In this document: positions 41,183-57,497 of the stretch, in pieces
How positions within the stretch are numbered: the stretch's first letter is position 1
Layout of the letters: every line of letters starts with the position of its first letter
Source: Octopus vulgaris
Taxonomy: Eukaryota
NCBI GenBank assembly: GCA_951406725.2
Contig: OX597819.1
Location: forward strand, 79,422,001 to 79,486,000
Direction: 5' to 3'
DNA: 64,000 nt
Notes under the pieces: model-generated
Seen by the model: the letters and a program-made list of their open reading frames with translations, nothing else
The model's database searches: none
What the model was told of the DNA's origin: nothing
Translations under genes and position numbers: made by a program

Positions 41183-41255
41183 TATCAGGTGGTGCTATTA
41201 AGTTAGACATGGCCTGGACCAATCTCTGGTCGAAACATATCTAAGTTTTATCTAA

Positions 41256-41325
<70 letters not shown>

Positions 41326-41541
41326 AATATATATATATAGATACATACATATATATATATATATTATATACATAATAATTTATACACATGCCCTTATGTC
41401 TGCTTGTAAGTGTCTGGATACCTACATCTATCTGCATATAAATATGCATTGATATGTATTACACAATGACATTAATATGCATGTGTATAATTACATAATT
41501 ACACTGACACACACATAGATATATATGTGCATATATATATA

Positions 41542-42524
41542 TTTTTTTCTAGTTTCAGCTCAGAGCTGCGGCCATGCTGATGCACCGCCGTTTTGTGCTA
41601 CACTGTTATTACGACGAACCTCGTCTAATATGTGGCACTTGGTGAAGAATGGAGTTTGATATAACTACTCTCATTTGCACCTCTTGCCGTGAGGTAGGTT
41701 CATCTGGGACTCTTGACAGGAAGATGTCCAGCTTTGATTTACTACTTTGTGCAAGTTCCTCAGACTCTTTGGGAGAATATTAAAAAGCTGTGGGCCCTTG
41801 AAACCCAGGCTGTAGCAGGAGCTGGTCCTGGAGCGTGATGGCATTGCTGGGATCTTTGGCACTATGCAGTGTCGTCCCGTTCTAGCATTGGTGTAGCTTA
41901 CAATGCCAAAATTTGGCACAATTTCTTCAAGGATCTTCCAGACATATATTACTGCATACCTCTCCCGTCTTCGCTCTTGGGAGTAGAGTCTTAGCTGTTT
42001 CAACCTTTCCCAGTAGCTGAGCTGTTGCAAAGACATGATCTTCTTTGTGAATCTTCTCTGGATTGCTTCAAGGTCCGCTGTTAATTTTACACTGGTGGGT
42101 GACCATAGCTGTGAGCAGTGATCCAGGCGACTGAGGACGAATGTCCGCCAGAGGACCATCATGGTTTCCTTATCTCTGGTTCTGAATGTTCTTAGGATCC
42201 ACCTAGCCAGTCGTCTGCACTTTGTCGCCATCCTGGTAATGTGCACTTGGAATGAGGTATCATCACTCATGTCGATACCCAGGTCCCTCACAGACTTAGG
42301 CTCTGGGATTGAAATTCCCTGTGGACCGGTGTATCCTGTAAGTTTAATATTCAATTTTGGATGCTGGTAGCGCAGGGCCTGGAATTTTTCAGCATTAAAC
42401 TGCATATTAATATCCTCAGCCCATCTGTAGATTGAGTCCAACTCTTGCTGCAGGTGTGCAACATCGCTGGGGTTCTGTATTTTCTGCGAGACTTTCGTAT
42501 CGTCTGCATAGCTGTCCAGAGTGG

Positions 42525-42525
<1 letters not shown>
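41542..42525 (-). pseudogene. 5'-truncated CR1/L2-group LINE with intact 3' end
   Basis: SYADDTKV..LQQELDSIYRWAEDINMQFNAEKF..VRDLGI..FVLSRLDHCSQLWSP..LEAIQRRFTK..YWERLKQLRLYSQERRR. Confidence 0.92.
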
Positions 42526-42566
<41 letters not shown>

Positions 42567-42692
42567 TTATATGTATGTATATATAACTACACACAAAAAC
42601 AAACGCATGTATATATATATTTCCTGAGCGCCCATTAATAATAATACTGTAATTGTTCCATTGTTGTTGTTTTTTTGTTTCCCGTTTGGATT

Positions 42693-42745
<53 letters not shown>

Positions 42746-42931
42746 TATAGATGAATTTGTATATATATATATATATATATATACATATTTACACATGTAT
42801 ATATATAACTACACACATACATACTTATACATATGTATATTCATACACATATGCACGTGTATATTGATGTTTGCACATAAATTTCAAAAGTAAGAGTTTA
42901 TATATACGGTCACTATTTTGTATAAATTGGA

Positions 42932-43735
<804 letters not shown>

Positions 43736-43917
43736 TGTACGTATGTATACATGTATGTGCGCACACGCGCACACACAAACACACGAGTGAATCGATCTTA
43801 GCACACATTTTAAGCTTGTTCCTTATTTCCTCAGGGTTGTGCGGCGTTGAGTGTAAACTAAGTAGTACTTATTGCCAGACGCTGGTCCGGGATCATAGTC
43901 GAACATACAGACGCATG

Positions 43918-44001
<84 letters not shown>

Positions 44002-44333
44002 TACATGACTAGCTCCGTGGTAGAAAACATTACCGAAATGTTGCACACTCTGCGACTGATCCCGGAATCTTGGTTTTGGTAAGAAAATTTATTTCCCTGT
44101 AGCTACAATACAATATATATATATTGTCACAGACACACACACATACAATCACAGACAAACAAACACATATATATACTTGCATATATATAGAGTAATCATA
44201 TATTTTATATATGCGGTAAAGTAATTTTGTCTCTATGTACGTCTGTAAATATGCCTGTGAGTATACATATTTTGAATAAAGTTGTAAATATGTGTGCGTC
44301 TGTGCGTGCGCCTGCTTATTTGAATATATGTAT

Positions 44334-44369
<36 letters not shown>

Positions 44370-44372
<3 letters not shown>

Positions 44373-44516
44373 TATTTAAAGCAGCAGAAAATTCAACAAA
44401 ACTCAGAGTAACAGGTTTTGTTGAATTTTCTGCTGCTTTAAATAAACCATATTACTCTACCACTGGTATTTGAGTACTCTTTTTTCCACCTTGTTTCACA
44501 TTTATGTGTTTACTCC

Positions 44517-44519
<3 letters not shown>
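44370..44519 (+). mobile_element. Fold-back Penelope-like tail remnant in (TA)n
   Basis: Perfect 33-bp inverted repeat 44370-44402 / 44415-44447 around AAACTCAGAGTA, the same stem III as the hammerhead at 53586-53648. Confidence 0.65.
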
Positions 44520-44579
<60 letters not shown>

Positions 44580-44855
44580 ATATATATTTATATATATGTG
44601 TATATATACACATGTACGTATACATATATACATACATACATACACATATGCATACACACACACAAATGTATGTATATGTATGTATATACATATTTCTATG
44701 TATCTGTATATATATATATATATATAAACATATGGACAGATATTCTCAATGAAGTATAGGTGTTAGAATGCACTCCACTATCGATAATTCCCTCAGGATC
44801 ACATATTTTTGTGCCCAGTCGCAGACACTCTTGAAAAGTTTCGAAAAAAATGTGC

Positions 44856-44914
<59 letters not shown>

Positions 44915-44982
44915 ATATATGTATATATATGTATATACATATATATATATATATGTATATATATATAAATATATATATATAC

Positions 44983-45067
<85 letters not shown>

Positions 45068-45120
45068 AATATATATATATATAGATAAATAGAGAAAGAG
45101 AGTGAGAGAGAGACATACAT

Positions 45121-45164
<44 letters not shown>

Positions 45165-45334
45165 TTGGAAAAGGATGCGTGGCGTTCGATCATATAATAA
45201 TATAAATATATGCATATATACATATATGTACATGCATATATGTGTACAGGACATAAAAAAAAAAAACGCTGAACACAATGAGAAACGAAAACATAAAAGC
45301 AAAAACAAGATATACAACATAAAGAATATATATA

Positions 45335-45446
45335 TGGCCTGCTCGCTTAGCCAGCGGGGTGGCGTCCTTCGAAGGCTAAAACAATGCGAAGTGCATTGTG
45401 ACCAGCGATGTGTAGCAACATCTGATGGTCTGGTCGGTCACGTGAT

Positions 45447-45453
<7 letters not shown>
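45335..45453. other. Short GC-rich structured insert in (TA)n, probably a retroelement end
   Basis: Hairpins CCTTCGAAGG, ACAATGC/GCATTGT and GACCAG/CTGGTC; ends in (TCACGTGA)2. Confidence 0.4.
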
Positions 45454-45512
<59 letters not shown>

Positions 45513-46277
45513 AAATGAAAGACCGTATACGTTATGTCGGTTATTTATGTACAATAGATTTTTTCATTCATTACGTATGTCTATATGTATATCTATATAT
45601 ATCTATATGGATATTTATGTCTATATATCTATATACAGATATATATATATATATATATATATGTCTGTGACAATTAGTTGGTTGTCATAATATGTCATAA
45701 TAAAGCTCAGTGTTTCGGATGCCAGGGCTGAAGTCTACTCTCATTCCTTCTCTTGTTGTCATATTATTATTATTAACATATATATATACATGAATCCCTA
45801 TTGGAAGTTTTATTTATTTGTTTCTTATCTACACCACATTCAGAATTAACCGAAGCCCTGGCAAAATGAAGGTCTACTTAAAGGTCTGACTTCTGAGATA
45901 GAGGACCACTAGAGTTAGAACATCTCAGGGAACAGTGGATATGGTTTTTATCCCATCTAAATTTCTACTCGGCATGTAGCAAGCGTTGCTTGGAACAATG
46001 TGGATTGAAATGTCTTGGTGAGGGCTTACGAAGCATTTTTCTTTTCCAAAACTTGTTTACGATTGTGTTCACAGAAAGTATATTATATATATATATATAT
46101 ATAAGAATAAATGTTTTTATATATAATGAACGTGAACTACAGGAAGGGACGAACACGGAACACAGACAAATCATTCGAAGCCTTCAATCTTCAGTCAGAC
46201 ACCGAATCATCATCGCAAATTTCGGCTGTTCAATTCTGATATTTGCTCCAACTCATATATATATATATAAATACATA

Positions 46278-47091
46278 CAGGGTGCGATGGGTAAATTTTA
46301 TGTTTTTAATGTCGCGCACGCACAATATTTGCTTTTGATCTTGTTGAGTACACAGTACAGTAGGGTCAGCGGGGCACCGTCTGTGAGAAATTGGGCACCA
46401 TGACACTAATCACTCTGCCAGAAATTTGGGAACGACAAGCTGTACTGCTTGACATTCGCAATACGAAAATTTCAGTGTTTGGGTGTCAGTCTCAGGATAT
46501 GTACCGAGAGTGATAAAAATCAAACATCCACTCAGCATCATGGTGTTTGGAGTCATCTTCTCACACAGCCTTAGACTCAACAGGGAGGCCTACATCAAGT
46601 GCCTAGAGGAGATAGTGCTCTCCCTGGGTCAAGTGGGTGACTAATAGAAAACCCTATGTCTTGCAACAGGACTCTGCATCATGTTACACAATCAGAACCC
46701 AGTCATGACTGCCAGACAATTTCTGCGACCACACCACCCTTTACATCTGGCTCCGTAACTCCCAAGACTACAACCCCCTTGATTATTATGTGTGGAGCGC
46801 AGCTGAGCGATAGACGAACAAAATGCCTGGTAAGAATAGAGATGAGCTGAAGGCAAGGATTATGGCAGCATTCTACAGCTTGAACAAGGAGACTGTCCAG
46901 AAGAGTTACTGGAGATTCCGAAGTTGTCTGGAGGCTGTGGTTGAAGCTAAGGTCGATTTATTGAAGAAATTTACTCTTTAGTATTTCAAGATATTTTGAA
47001 GTAATTTTGGTAAATTTATTCGTTAAAATGAGATGTATGTACCATTTTCATTTTTGCGTAATATAGACGACAGTTTATTTACTGCACCCTG
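46278..47091 (+). mobile_element. Internally deleted maT/DD37D-like Tc1/mariner element
   Basis: TIRs CAGGGTGC../..GCACCCTG with TA flanks. Motifs IMVFGVI, LQQDSASCYT..IWLRNSQDYNPLDYYVW (36 codons between the two D here), RFRSCLEAVVEA. Confidence 0.88.
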
Positions 47092-47572
47092 TATGTGTGT
47101 GTGCGTATATAGGTGCATATGTGTATACATACATACATATATATACATACATACATATATATATGTATATGCATGTATGAATGTATGTATGCATATATGT
47201 ATGCCTGCATGCGTACATGTATGCATGCATATATGTATGGGTTTGGTAACACAAATAGGAAACAGAGAACTCAACACATGAATATATATATACTTATATT
47301 AATCGTAAGTAGAAATAGTTCAATTCAAGGACCGAGAGTTTCGTCCATTGTGTTCAGGAAACATCATGAACGAAACTCTAGGCCTTTGAGTTACTTTGTG
47401 TGTTTGCTGGAAATGCAGAGAAGATAGATAGCCGACAACTGACGAAGGGTCCTTTCTCTGTGTTTACCAGTCCTGTTTTCCACTTTTTTTCGTGTTGCTT
47501 ACGTCTTTAATCAGTTTATTTATGAATTTCATGTTATCTGCACCGTTGGTAATATACTGTACCCATATATGA

Positions 47573-47622
<50 letters not shown>

Positions 47623-47844
47623 GTATACACACACACATATACATACATATATATATATATTATTTACTATTTATTATATGTGTATATATATAGAGAGCTT
47701 CGGTGAAGCTATAAGGTTTTACTCAAGCACTCAACTCGGAGTCGACTTCGGAAACAGCTGTCAGTCAATGAAGTTCGTAAGATAATTGTTTAGCCTCTGT
47801 CATCTTATTTTCATATTCCTGCTCTATACTCTATGCATATGTTT

Positions 47845-48193
47845 ATTGAGTTCTACACTAGGTTACTAGTCACACAATGCCAAAGCGACTTAATTGATGA
47901 TGGACTCTCCCGTCGAAAACAACGTATGAGTGTTCAACCTTTTGGTCGAACGACTTGCACAACTGATTTGTTTATAGTGATCTCATGTATGTGCCCTACA
48001 TTATGTCACCCCCTCCATCAAATCGACGTTGCCTGAACACTTGCATGGTGTACCACGCGTCAGTTCCCAAAAAGATTGCAGAGAAACGTGAAATGAAATG
48101 ATGCTTTCTTAAAGAACACAATGCGCCACCCAGTCTACGAATCGAAACCACGGTCTTGTAGTTGTTAATGCAACACCCTAACCACTTGGCCAT
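47845..48193 (-). mobile_element. Diverged tRNA-derived SINE related to families C/D
   Basis: TGGCCAAGTGGTTAGGGTG..GGTTTCGATTCG..TTGTGTTCTTTAAGAAAGCA. Confidence 0.65.
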
Positions 48194-48218
48194 ATACATA
48201 CAAACATACATACATACA

Positions 48219-48254
<36 letters not shown>

Positions 48255-48393
48255 CATGTATGCATATGTATATGTATATACATATATATATATACATATA
48301 TATATATGTATATGTATTCCGTTAAAGCATTGTAGAACTCAATATATGTATGCACATATATATATATATGTATAATTATGTATGCATGTATGC

Positions 48394-48426
<33 letters not shown>

Positions 48427-49011
48427 TGTATGTATGTATGTATGTATGTATGTATGTATGTATGTGTGTATTTATCTATCTATTTATCTAATGAAACATA
48501 TAAATATGTATATATACATACACTCACACACATACACCAGCATATACGCACTGCCGCAATCTTTTAGTGATTGGCTACATATATGATCCAAGATCCTAAA
48601 AGAGCGACTCTTCGGATTCACTTTTTCCTACCAAATAAATAATTAAATAAATATTACTATAATTAATGTTGGCAAATCTTAGACAGAGGTTTATTATCAG
48701 TTTTGTCCCTTTTCTGTTCAGTTTTTCATCCTACAGAATTTCTTTTCAAAAACATGCTCCACGTATAAGCATTTTGTCAAATATTCAAATATTCTATTTA
48801 ACATCTCCTTAAAAAACCAAACCAAGAGTCTTTGTTAATATTTGCTGCCCAATTTCGTCGTTATATGTTCAGGAGTTTGCTGTTACAGCACGAAATTCGA
48901 GACTCTTGAGTCACTTATGAATTTAACAAATAGTAAGTCCTATACGTACATACACACTGACAAGACACACACACAGACAAGCGTATACAGACACTCGCAA
49001 TCACAAACATG

Positions 49012-49075
<64 letters not shown>

Positions 49076-49329
49076 CCAGCGATTATAATTATTTTTATTT
49101 TATCGCAATTTGATTTGTTTATATATATATATATATATACATATTATTTATTCTGTGTGTGTGTATATATATATATATATATGTACATGTAGAGGTAGGT
49201 ACGTACATATATGTTTATATATATGCATATGTTTTATTTCATTTATTAATATATATATATATATATATATACATACATACATTCATGCATACATACATGC
49301 ATACATACATACATACATGCATGCATACA

Positions 49330-49361
<32 letters not shown>

Positions 49362-49483
49362 AATACATATATATGTATGTATATGTATATTAGCATATAT
49401 AATATACAGACATAATAATGTTCACAAACATTGAATTTAAATGCCGCTCCCACGTCATTCGCTCACAAATTGGTTTAAACTTT

Positions 49484-49491
49484 AGTAGTGC

Positions 49492-49540
<49 letters not shown>

Positions 49541-49758
49541 AGTAGTCGTAGCAGCAGCAGTAGCAGCAGTAGCAGTAGTGCTAGTAGGTAACTGTCAAAT
49601 ATTACTGACAGTAGTAGTGGGGGTGGTGATGGTACTTGTGGTAGCTGTATTACTAGTGGCGGTGTTGGTAGTTGTTGAAGTGGTGGTAGTGGTAGTGGTA
49701 GTGGCCGCGGTCGTCGTCGTCGCCATTGTGATTGTAACAGTAGTAGTGGTGATGATGA

Positions 49759-49813
<55 letters not shown>

Positions 49814-49850
49814 TGCAGCAGCAGTAGAAGTACTAGTAGTAGTTGTAGTT
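49484..49850. repeat. (GTA)n/(GTG)n trinucleotide tract
   Basis: Directly visible; source of the poly-Val ORF. Confidence 0.9.
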
Positions 49851-50524
49851 TCCTTTGGTGTTTCGCCCCCAGGCAGTCACGATACGGAAGACATGTGTGC
49901 GAAATTACGTTCCAACCGTGACCTTTCTGCCGTTTTGTGTTTATTCAGAATAACATTCTCTAAAATGCCAACCCTGAGAAATATGACGAAAGGGCGTGAT
50001 TTGAAGGAGATTCGACTGCTATTGTAGTTAGTCTCTGTTACTACTTATGCAGTTAGTCTCTGTTACTACTGTTCAACCCAAGGTCAGTTCTGTCCAAACG
50101 CATTTCAATTTATGACAACCCATCTTTATCTTAAACTGCGCCGAGGACCGCTCAGGAAGTGATGTAAGGGTCACTCGGGCCCTTTAATGTGCCACTCACT
50201 ATCCGGCACCCGAGCCAATATAGGGCTATACAGCAGTAGAGCAGACTTTAAAAGTGCCGCCTCTATCAAACTGTCATGCTGGAGGGTGGGGAACCGCCTC
50301 CTTGAGTCCCACCTCCAGCTATGCTAATGCTGTCAGGATGTGACTTAACGGATTTTGCTGCTATTTCTAGTAGATTTAGCGATCACACTGAGTCTGCTTG
50401 GTGGCTTGTAAGGCGGAGAGTACGGAAGCAGGTGTAGGCGGGTATGTGGACAGATTAATAGAACGATATATCAATACACAGGTAAAAAGATAGGTACACA
50501 TGCACACACACACACACACACACA

Positions 50525-50726
50525 CACAGATATGTGGCCACACACACGCACAGGTCTTTATGTACATTTATACATACATACAGGTACATATACGCACAAA
50601 TACACACACACACACACACACACAGATATGTGGCCACACACACACACAGATATGTGGCCACACACACGCACAGGTCTTTATGTACATGTATACATACATA
50701 CAGGTACATATACGCACAAATACACA
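50525..50726. repeat. Local tandem duplication, period ~120 bp
   Basis: CAGATATGTGGCCACACACACGCACAGGTCTTTATGTACAT occurs twice, plus a partial copy. Confidence 0.85.
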
Positions 50727-50996
50727 TTTGTATATAAATATATTTATATACCTGGATACATATCTACACATGTATTTGAATTATATAAACATACACACAC
50801 TTCTGCCTCTGACAATCTGCATGTGTGCGTGTTTGTATGTGTGTGTGTGTGTGTGCGTATGTGTGTGTGCGTATGTGTGTGTGTATGTGTTTACGTGCGC
50901 GGGCGCACAACTGCGTGTGTACACGCGCAATGTGGATATTTCCGTTTGTCTGTCTGCCAGCAGTCTGTACCGCTGTCTCTGTCTGTCTCTCTGTCC

Positions 50997-51073
<77 letters not shown>

Positions 51074-51083
51074 GGGGGGTGTC

Positions 51084-51126
<43 letters not shown>

Positions 51127-51159
51127 ATATGCAGTGATGAGATAATATATGGTGTGCAT

Positions 51160-51312
51160 CTTTACGTTGAGTTCAAATTCCGCCGAGGTCGACTTTACCT
51201 TTCATCCTGTCGGGTCGATTATTTAAGTACCAGTTGCGTACTGGAGTCGAACTAATCGACTCCCCCGCCCCCGAAAAAAATTTCGGTCCTTATGGCTAGA
51301 GTAGAAAAGAAT
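51160..51312 (+). mobile_element. SINE family B, 5' truncated
   Basis: Nin/Deu-like domain. Confidence 0.8.
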
Positions 51313-51398
51313 ATATGTTGTGTATATATACACATGTCTACATAGATAGAGAAATAAAGATAGACAGACAGACAAATAGATTGATTAATTGATAAATA

Positions 51399-51623
51399 TA
51401 TTTCTTTACTACCCACAAGAGGATAAACACAGAGGGGATAAACAAGGACAGAAAACGGATTAAGTCGATTACATAGACCTCAGTGCGTAGCTGGTACTTA
51501 ATTCATCGACCCCGAAAGGATGAAAGGTAAAGTTGACCTCGGCAGAATTTGAACTCAGAATGTAACGGCAGACGAAATAAGGCTACGCATTTCGCCCGGC
51601 GTGCTAACGTTTCTGCCAGCTCG
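51399..51623 (-). mobile_element. SINE family B
   Basis: Matches the consensus. Confidence 0.88.
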
Positions 51624-51626
51624 ATT

Positions 51627-51684
<58 letters not shown>

Positions 51685-51689
51685 GATAT

Positions 51690-51817
<128 letters not shown>

Positions 51818-52493
51818 GTTTCTTTATTGGCCACACAGGGCTGCACACAGATGGGACAAGTTACAAGGTAGAGCTTTTCTTTTGGGGGATGAAAAAAACA
51901 AAAAAACAAAAAAACAAAAGAAAAAAAAATGGTGGCGTAGGTTTTCGATCAAAAGGGATCGTAAAAGGGAAAAAAACAACAAAAAATAAAAAAATAAAAA
52001 GAGATAGATAGATAGATAGATAGATGAAATGCACGCGCATGCTTGTATGTTAGTGTCCTTTATATTATAGTTGATGTTCTTGCTGTTTTCGTAAGTAAAC
52101 ATTGTTAATACATGTAGCTTATTCAGTGAAGTGTATGTCTGAGTTGTTTGAATTTGAGTGTGTGTGTATATACGCGTGTATTATGTGTGTGCGCACGTGT
52201 GCATTGTGTGCGCGCGCGTGTATTGCGTGTCGTTCTTATTATTGTAGTTTAATCCAGGATCAGCCCTGATTAATAGCGTTCTATCTTTGACTGTCCCATT
52301 TTTTTTTTTCAATAACTGTTTATCTGAAACTACATCTTCCGCACTTCCGGCTATTGTTTTTTATGACGATAATAAGTAATCTAAGGAAGATTTTGACTGC
52401 TATTTCTAGTAGGTGTGACGCCCGTCTGGTGGAAGTTGCTCTCTTAAATATTTTGCATAGAGTGCAGCAGCAGCACAGCAGCATGTGTGTGTA

Positions 52494-52526
<33 letters not shown>

Positions 52527-52722
52527 AGACGTGATTCTTTACGTATATATGTATGTGTGCGTATGTGTAGACGTGTGTTTGTGCATGTATGCGTGTGTGC
52601 GCGTGCGTTATGTGTATGCTTGTGTGCACGCTTGTGCGCCGTGTATGTGTGAGCGTGCGTGAATGCGTGACTGTGTTTGCGTCTTTGTGAATGTGTGTAT
52701 ATGTGCGTGTAAGCGTATACGT

Positions 52723-52759
<37 letters not shown>

Positions 52760-52860
52760 GGGAGAAAGGGTGGTGGTGGTGGTGGTGAATGTGTATATGT
52801 ATGTGTGATGTATGTGTGTATGCTTGTATGTGTGTCTGTGAGTTTGTGCTATTTAATACA

Positions 52861-53091
52861 GCAGCGAAGTGGCAGAGTCGTTAGCACGCCGGGCGAAATG
52901 CGTAGCCGTATTTCGTCTGCTGTTACGTTCTGAGTTCAAATCCCGCCGAGGTCGACTTTGCCTTTCATCCTTTCGGGGTCGATAAATTAAGTACCAGTTA
53001 CGCATTGGGGTCCATATAATCAACTTAATCCCTTTGTCTGTCCTTGTTTGTCCCCTCTGTGTTTAGCCACTTGTGGGCAATAAAGAAATAA
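52861..53091 (+). mobile_element. SINE family B, full length
   Basis: Matches the consensus. Confidence 0.88.
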
Positions 53092-53433
53092 GAACGTTGG
53101 CTTACAAAAGAAATTTTGCGGTATTTACTTCGGTCGTCAGCGTACTGAGTTCAACTCCTACTTCCGACAACTGTGTGTCTACCTAGTGGGAAGTGTTGTG
53201 TTCAGGACCTGTTTAATAATAATAGGCGACTAGTCCTCAATGTAGCATTTCAGTAACAAGGGGAAAATATCTATAAAAGAAAGGTAAAGAAAAAAAAATT
53301 GCGTTGCCAACCAGAGCTTTCGAGTCTACACCCACTCTAAGGTACCTTAGACAAATATCTTTTCGTATAGCCCTCAGACAAACCAACATCTTCTGAGTGA
53401 ATTTGGTAAAATGGAATTGTGTAGCTTTTAGTC

Positions 53434-54758
<1,325 letters not shown>

Positions 54759-54759
<1 letters not shown>

Positions 54760-55130
54760 TGGCATTCCGTCCGATACGAGGACGAGGGTTCCACTTGATC
54801 CGATCAACGATGGAACAGCCTGCTCGTGAGATTAACATACAAGTGGCTGAGCACTCCACAGACACGTGTCCCTTTAACGTAGTTCTCGTGGAGATTCAGC
54901 GTGACAGAGAGTGTGACAAACCTGGCCCTTTGAAATACAGGTACAACAGAAACAGGAAGAAAGAGTGAGAGAAAGTTGTGGTGAAAGAGTTCAGCAGGGT
55001 TCGCCACCACCCTTTGCCAGAGCCTCGTGGAGCTTTAGGCATTTTCGCTCAATAAACACTCGCAACGCCCGAAACAACGATCCTACGACCGCGAGTCCGC
55101 TGCTCTAACCACTGGGCCATTGCACCTTCA
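54759..55130 (-). mobile_element. SINE family D
   Basis: Homologous to 32146-32530, with a small deletion. Confidence 0.88.
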
Positions 55131-55134
55131 TATA

Positions 55135-55186
<52 letters not shown>

Positions 55187-55380
55187 TTCTTTTGTCTTTG
55201 GATTTTTTTTATTATGTTCCCGTAAGTTAGTGGTTCGACAAAGGATACTGATAGAATATGTACCATGTACCACACTTAAAAGTTCAGTGAATGAAACAGA
55301 TAAAAAATAAAAGATACAAGAGCCAAGGTTCTGCCCTGAAGAGAGACTGCGTCTAGAACAGAAATAATAATATTAATTAT

Positions 55381-55815
55381 ATCTCCTATAGGCACAAAGT
55401 CTGAAATTTGGGAGAGGGGACAAGTCAATTACATCGACCCCAGCGCTGAACTGGTACTTATTCTATCGACCCAGAAAGGATGAAAAGTAAAGTCGACCTC
55501 AGCAGAATTTGAACTCAACTTAAAGACAGACGAAATACTGCTAAGCATTTTGCACGGCCTGCTAACGATTCTAATTCCTCGCCTCCTTAATAATCCTAAT
55601 CCTTTCTACTAAAGATACACGGCCTGAAATTTGTTGGGAGGGGACTAGTTGATTACATGGACCCCAGTGTTTCACTGGTACTTAATTTATCGACAGCGAA
55701 ATGATGAAGGGCAAAGACGACTGCGGCGGAATTTGAATTCAGAGCGTAACGACGGGCGAAATGCCGCTAAGCATTTCGTCCAGCGCGCTAACAATTCGGC
55801 CAAATCGCCGCCTTA

Positions 55816-55875
<60 letters not shown>

Positions 55876-56483
55876 TATAATAATAATAATAATTATAATA
55901 GTAATAATAATAATCCTTTCTACAAAAGGTACAAGGCCTGAAGTTTTGGGGGACGGGACAAATCGATTTCATCGACCTCAGTGCTGAACTGGTACATATT
56001 TCATCGACCGCGGAAGGACGAAAAGTAAAGTCGACCTTGGCGGAATTTGAACTCAGAACATAAAGACGAACGAAATGCCGCTAAGCATTTCGCCCGGTGT
56101 GCTAACGATTCTGTCAGCTACTCGCCTTAATGATAATAATAACAATAATAATAATAATGATTTCAAATTTTGCAACAAGGGCAGCAATTTTGGGGGAGGG
56201 GGATGAGTTCAGTACATCGACCCCAGTGTTCAACTGGTACTTATTTTATCGACCCCAAGAAAATGGAAGGTAGAATCGACCTCGGGTAAATTCGAACTTA
56301 GAAGGTAAAGACGGACGAAATGCCGTTAAGCATTTGCCTGGTGTACTATTAATAGTAACAATTATCCTTTCTACTGAAAGTAGAAGGTCTGGAATTTGTG
56401 GGGACGGGACAAGCCGATTATATTGACCCCAGTATTTCACTGGTACTTAATTTATCGACCCCAAAAGGACGAAAGGCGAAGTC
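55381..56483 (-). mobile_element. Head-to-tail cluster of ~5 SINE family B variants separated by (TAA)n
   Basis: Repeated TCGACCCCAG..CTGGTACTT..ATCGAC..AAGG.TGAAAG..AAAGTCGACC. Confidence 0.85.
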
Positions 56484-56533
56484 ATAGGTATTCCAGCCCT
56501 GAACACCCTGTTGGGGGTTGATGTGATACAGAT

Positions 56534-56908
56534 AGGTGGCTGTGTGGCACGAAGTTTGCTTCCCAACCAAATCGTTCCGGGTTCAGTTCCACTGCATCAC
56601 ACCTTCAGCATGTGTCTTCTATTACAGCCTTGGGCCGACAAATGCCCTGTGAGTGGATTTGGTATACGGAAACTGAAAGAAACTTGTCGTATATAGAGAT
56701 ATGTATGTATCTGTGTGTTGTGTGTTGTTGTGTAAATATTTGTCGCTCATCACCGCTTGATAACCAGTGTCTGTTTGATTATGTCCCTGTAGATTAGTGG
56801 TTCGGCAAAATGAGACGAGAGAATAAGTACGAAGCTTTAAAAAAATTTGTACTAGGGTCATGTTGTTCGACTAAACCCTTCAAGGCCGCAGTCCATGATA
56901 CAAGTAAA
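56534..56908 (+). mobile_element. SINE family A, diverged
   Basis: GTGGCTGTGTGG..GGTTCAGTTCCACTGC. Confidence 0.75.
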
Positions 56909-56914
56909 TTATTG

Positions 56915-56993
<79 letters not shown>

Positions 56994-57011
56994 CTGTATA
57001 TATATATATAT

Positions 57012-57497
57012 TCTTTATTTTTCTACTTGTTTCAGTCATTAGACTGCAGCCATGCTGGGTCACCGCCTTGAGGAATTTTAATTGTACTAAACGACCCCGA
57101 TATTTAATTTTTTTTTATAAGCCTGTTATTTGTTCTATTCAGCTCTTTTGGCGAACCGCTAGTTTACGGGGACGTAAACACACTAACACCGATTTAGGCG
57201 ATAACGGGGAGACAAATACAGGTGTAAAGACACACACACAGACAAATACAGGTGGAAACACACACGCACAGACAAATACAGGTGGAAAGACACACACACA
57301 AACACACGCGCACACATACACAAACACACAGAGACACAAACAAAAACACACACACATATGTACAACGGGCTTCTTCCAGTTTCCGTCAACCAAGGCTTTG
57401 GTCGGCCCGAGGCTATAGTAGAAGACTCTTGCCCAAGGTGCTACGTAGTGGGACTGAACACGGAACCATGTGGTTGAGAAGCAGGCTTCTTACCACT
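57012..57497 (-). mobile_element. SINE family A with internal ~30-bp triplication
   Basis: AGACAAATACAGGTG.AAA.ACACACAC occurs three times. Confidence 0.8.

Noticed and set aside
46170-46230. CTGAAGA and GAAA on the minus strand suggesting a type II hammerhead
   Set aside because: No convincing stems I and III or UH site; probably an unclassified repeat fragment.
50278-50335. HDV-like ribozyme
   Set aside because: P3, P1.1 and J4/2 cannot be built on either strand.
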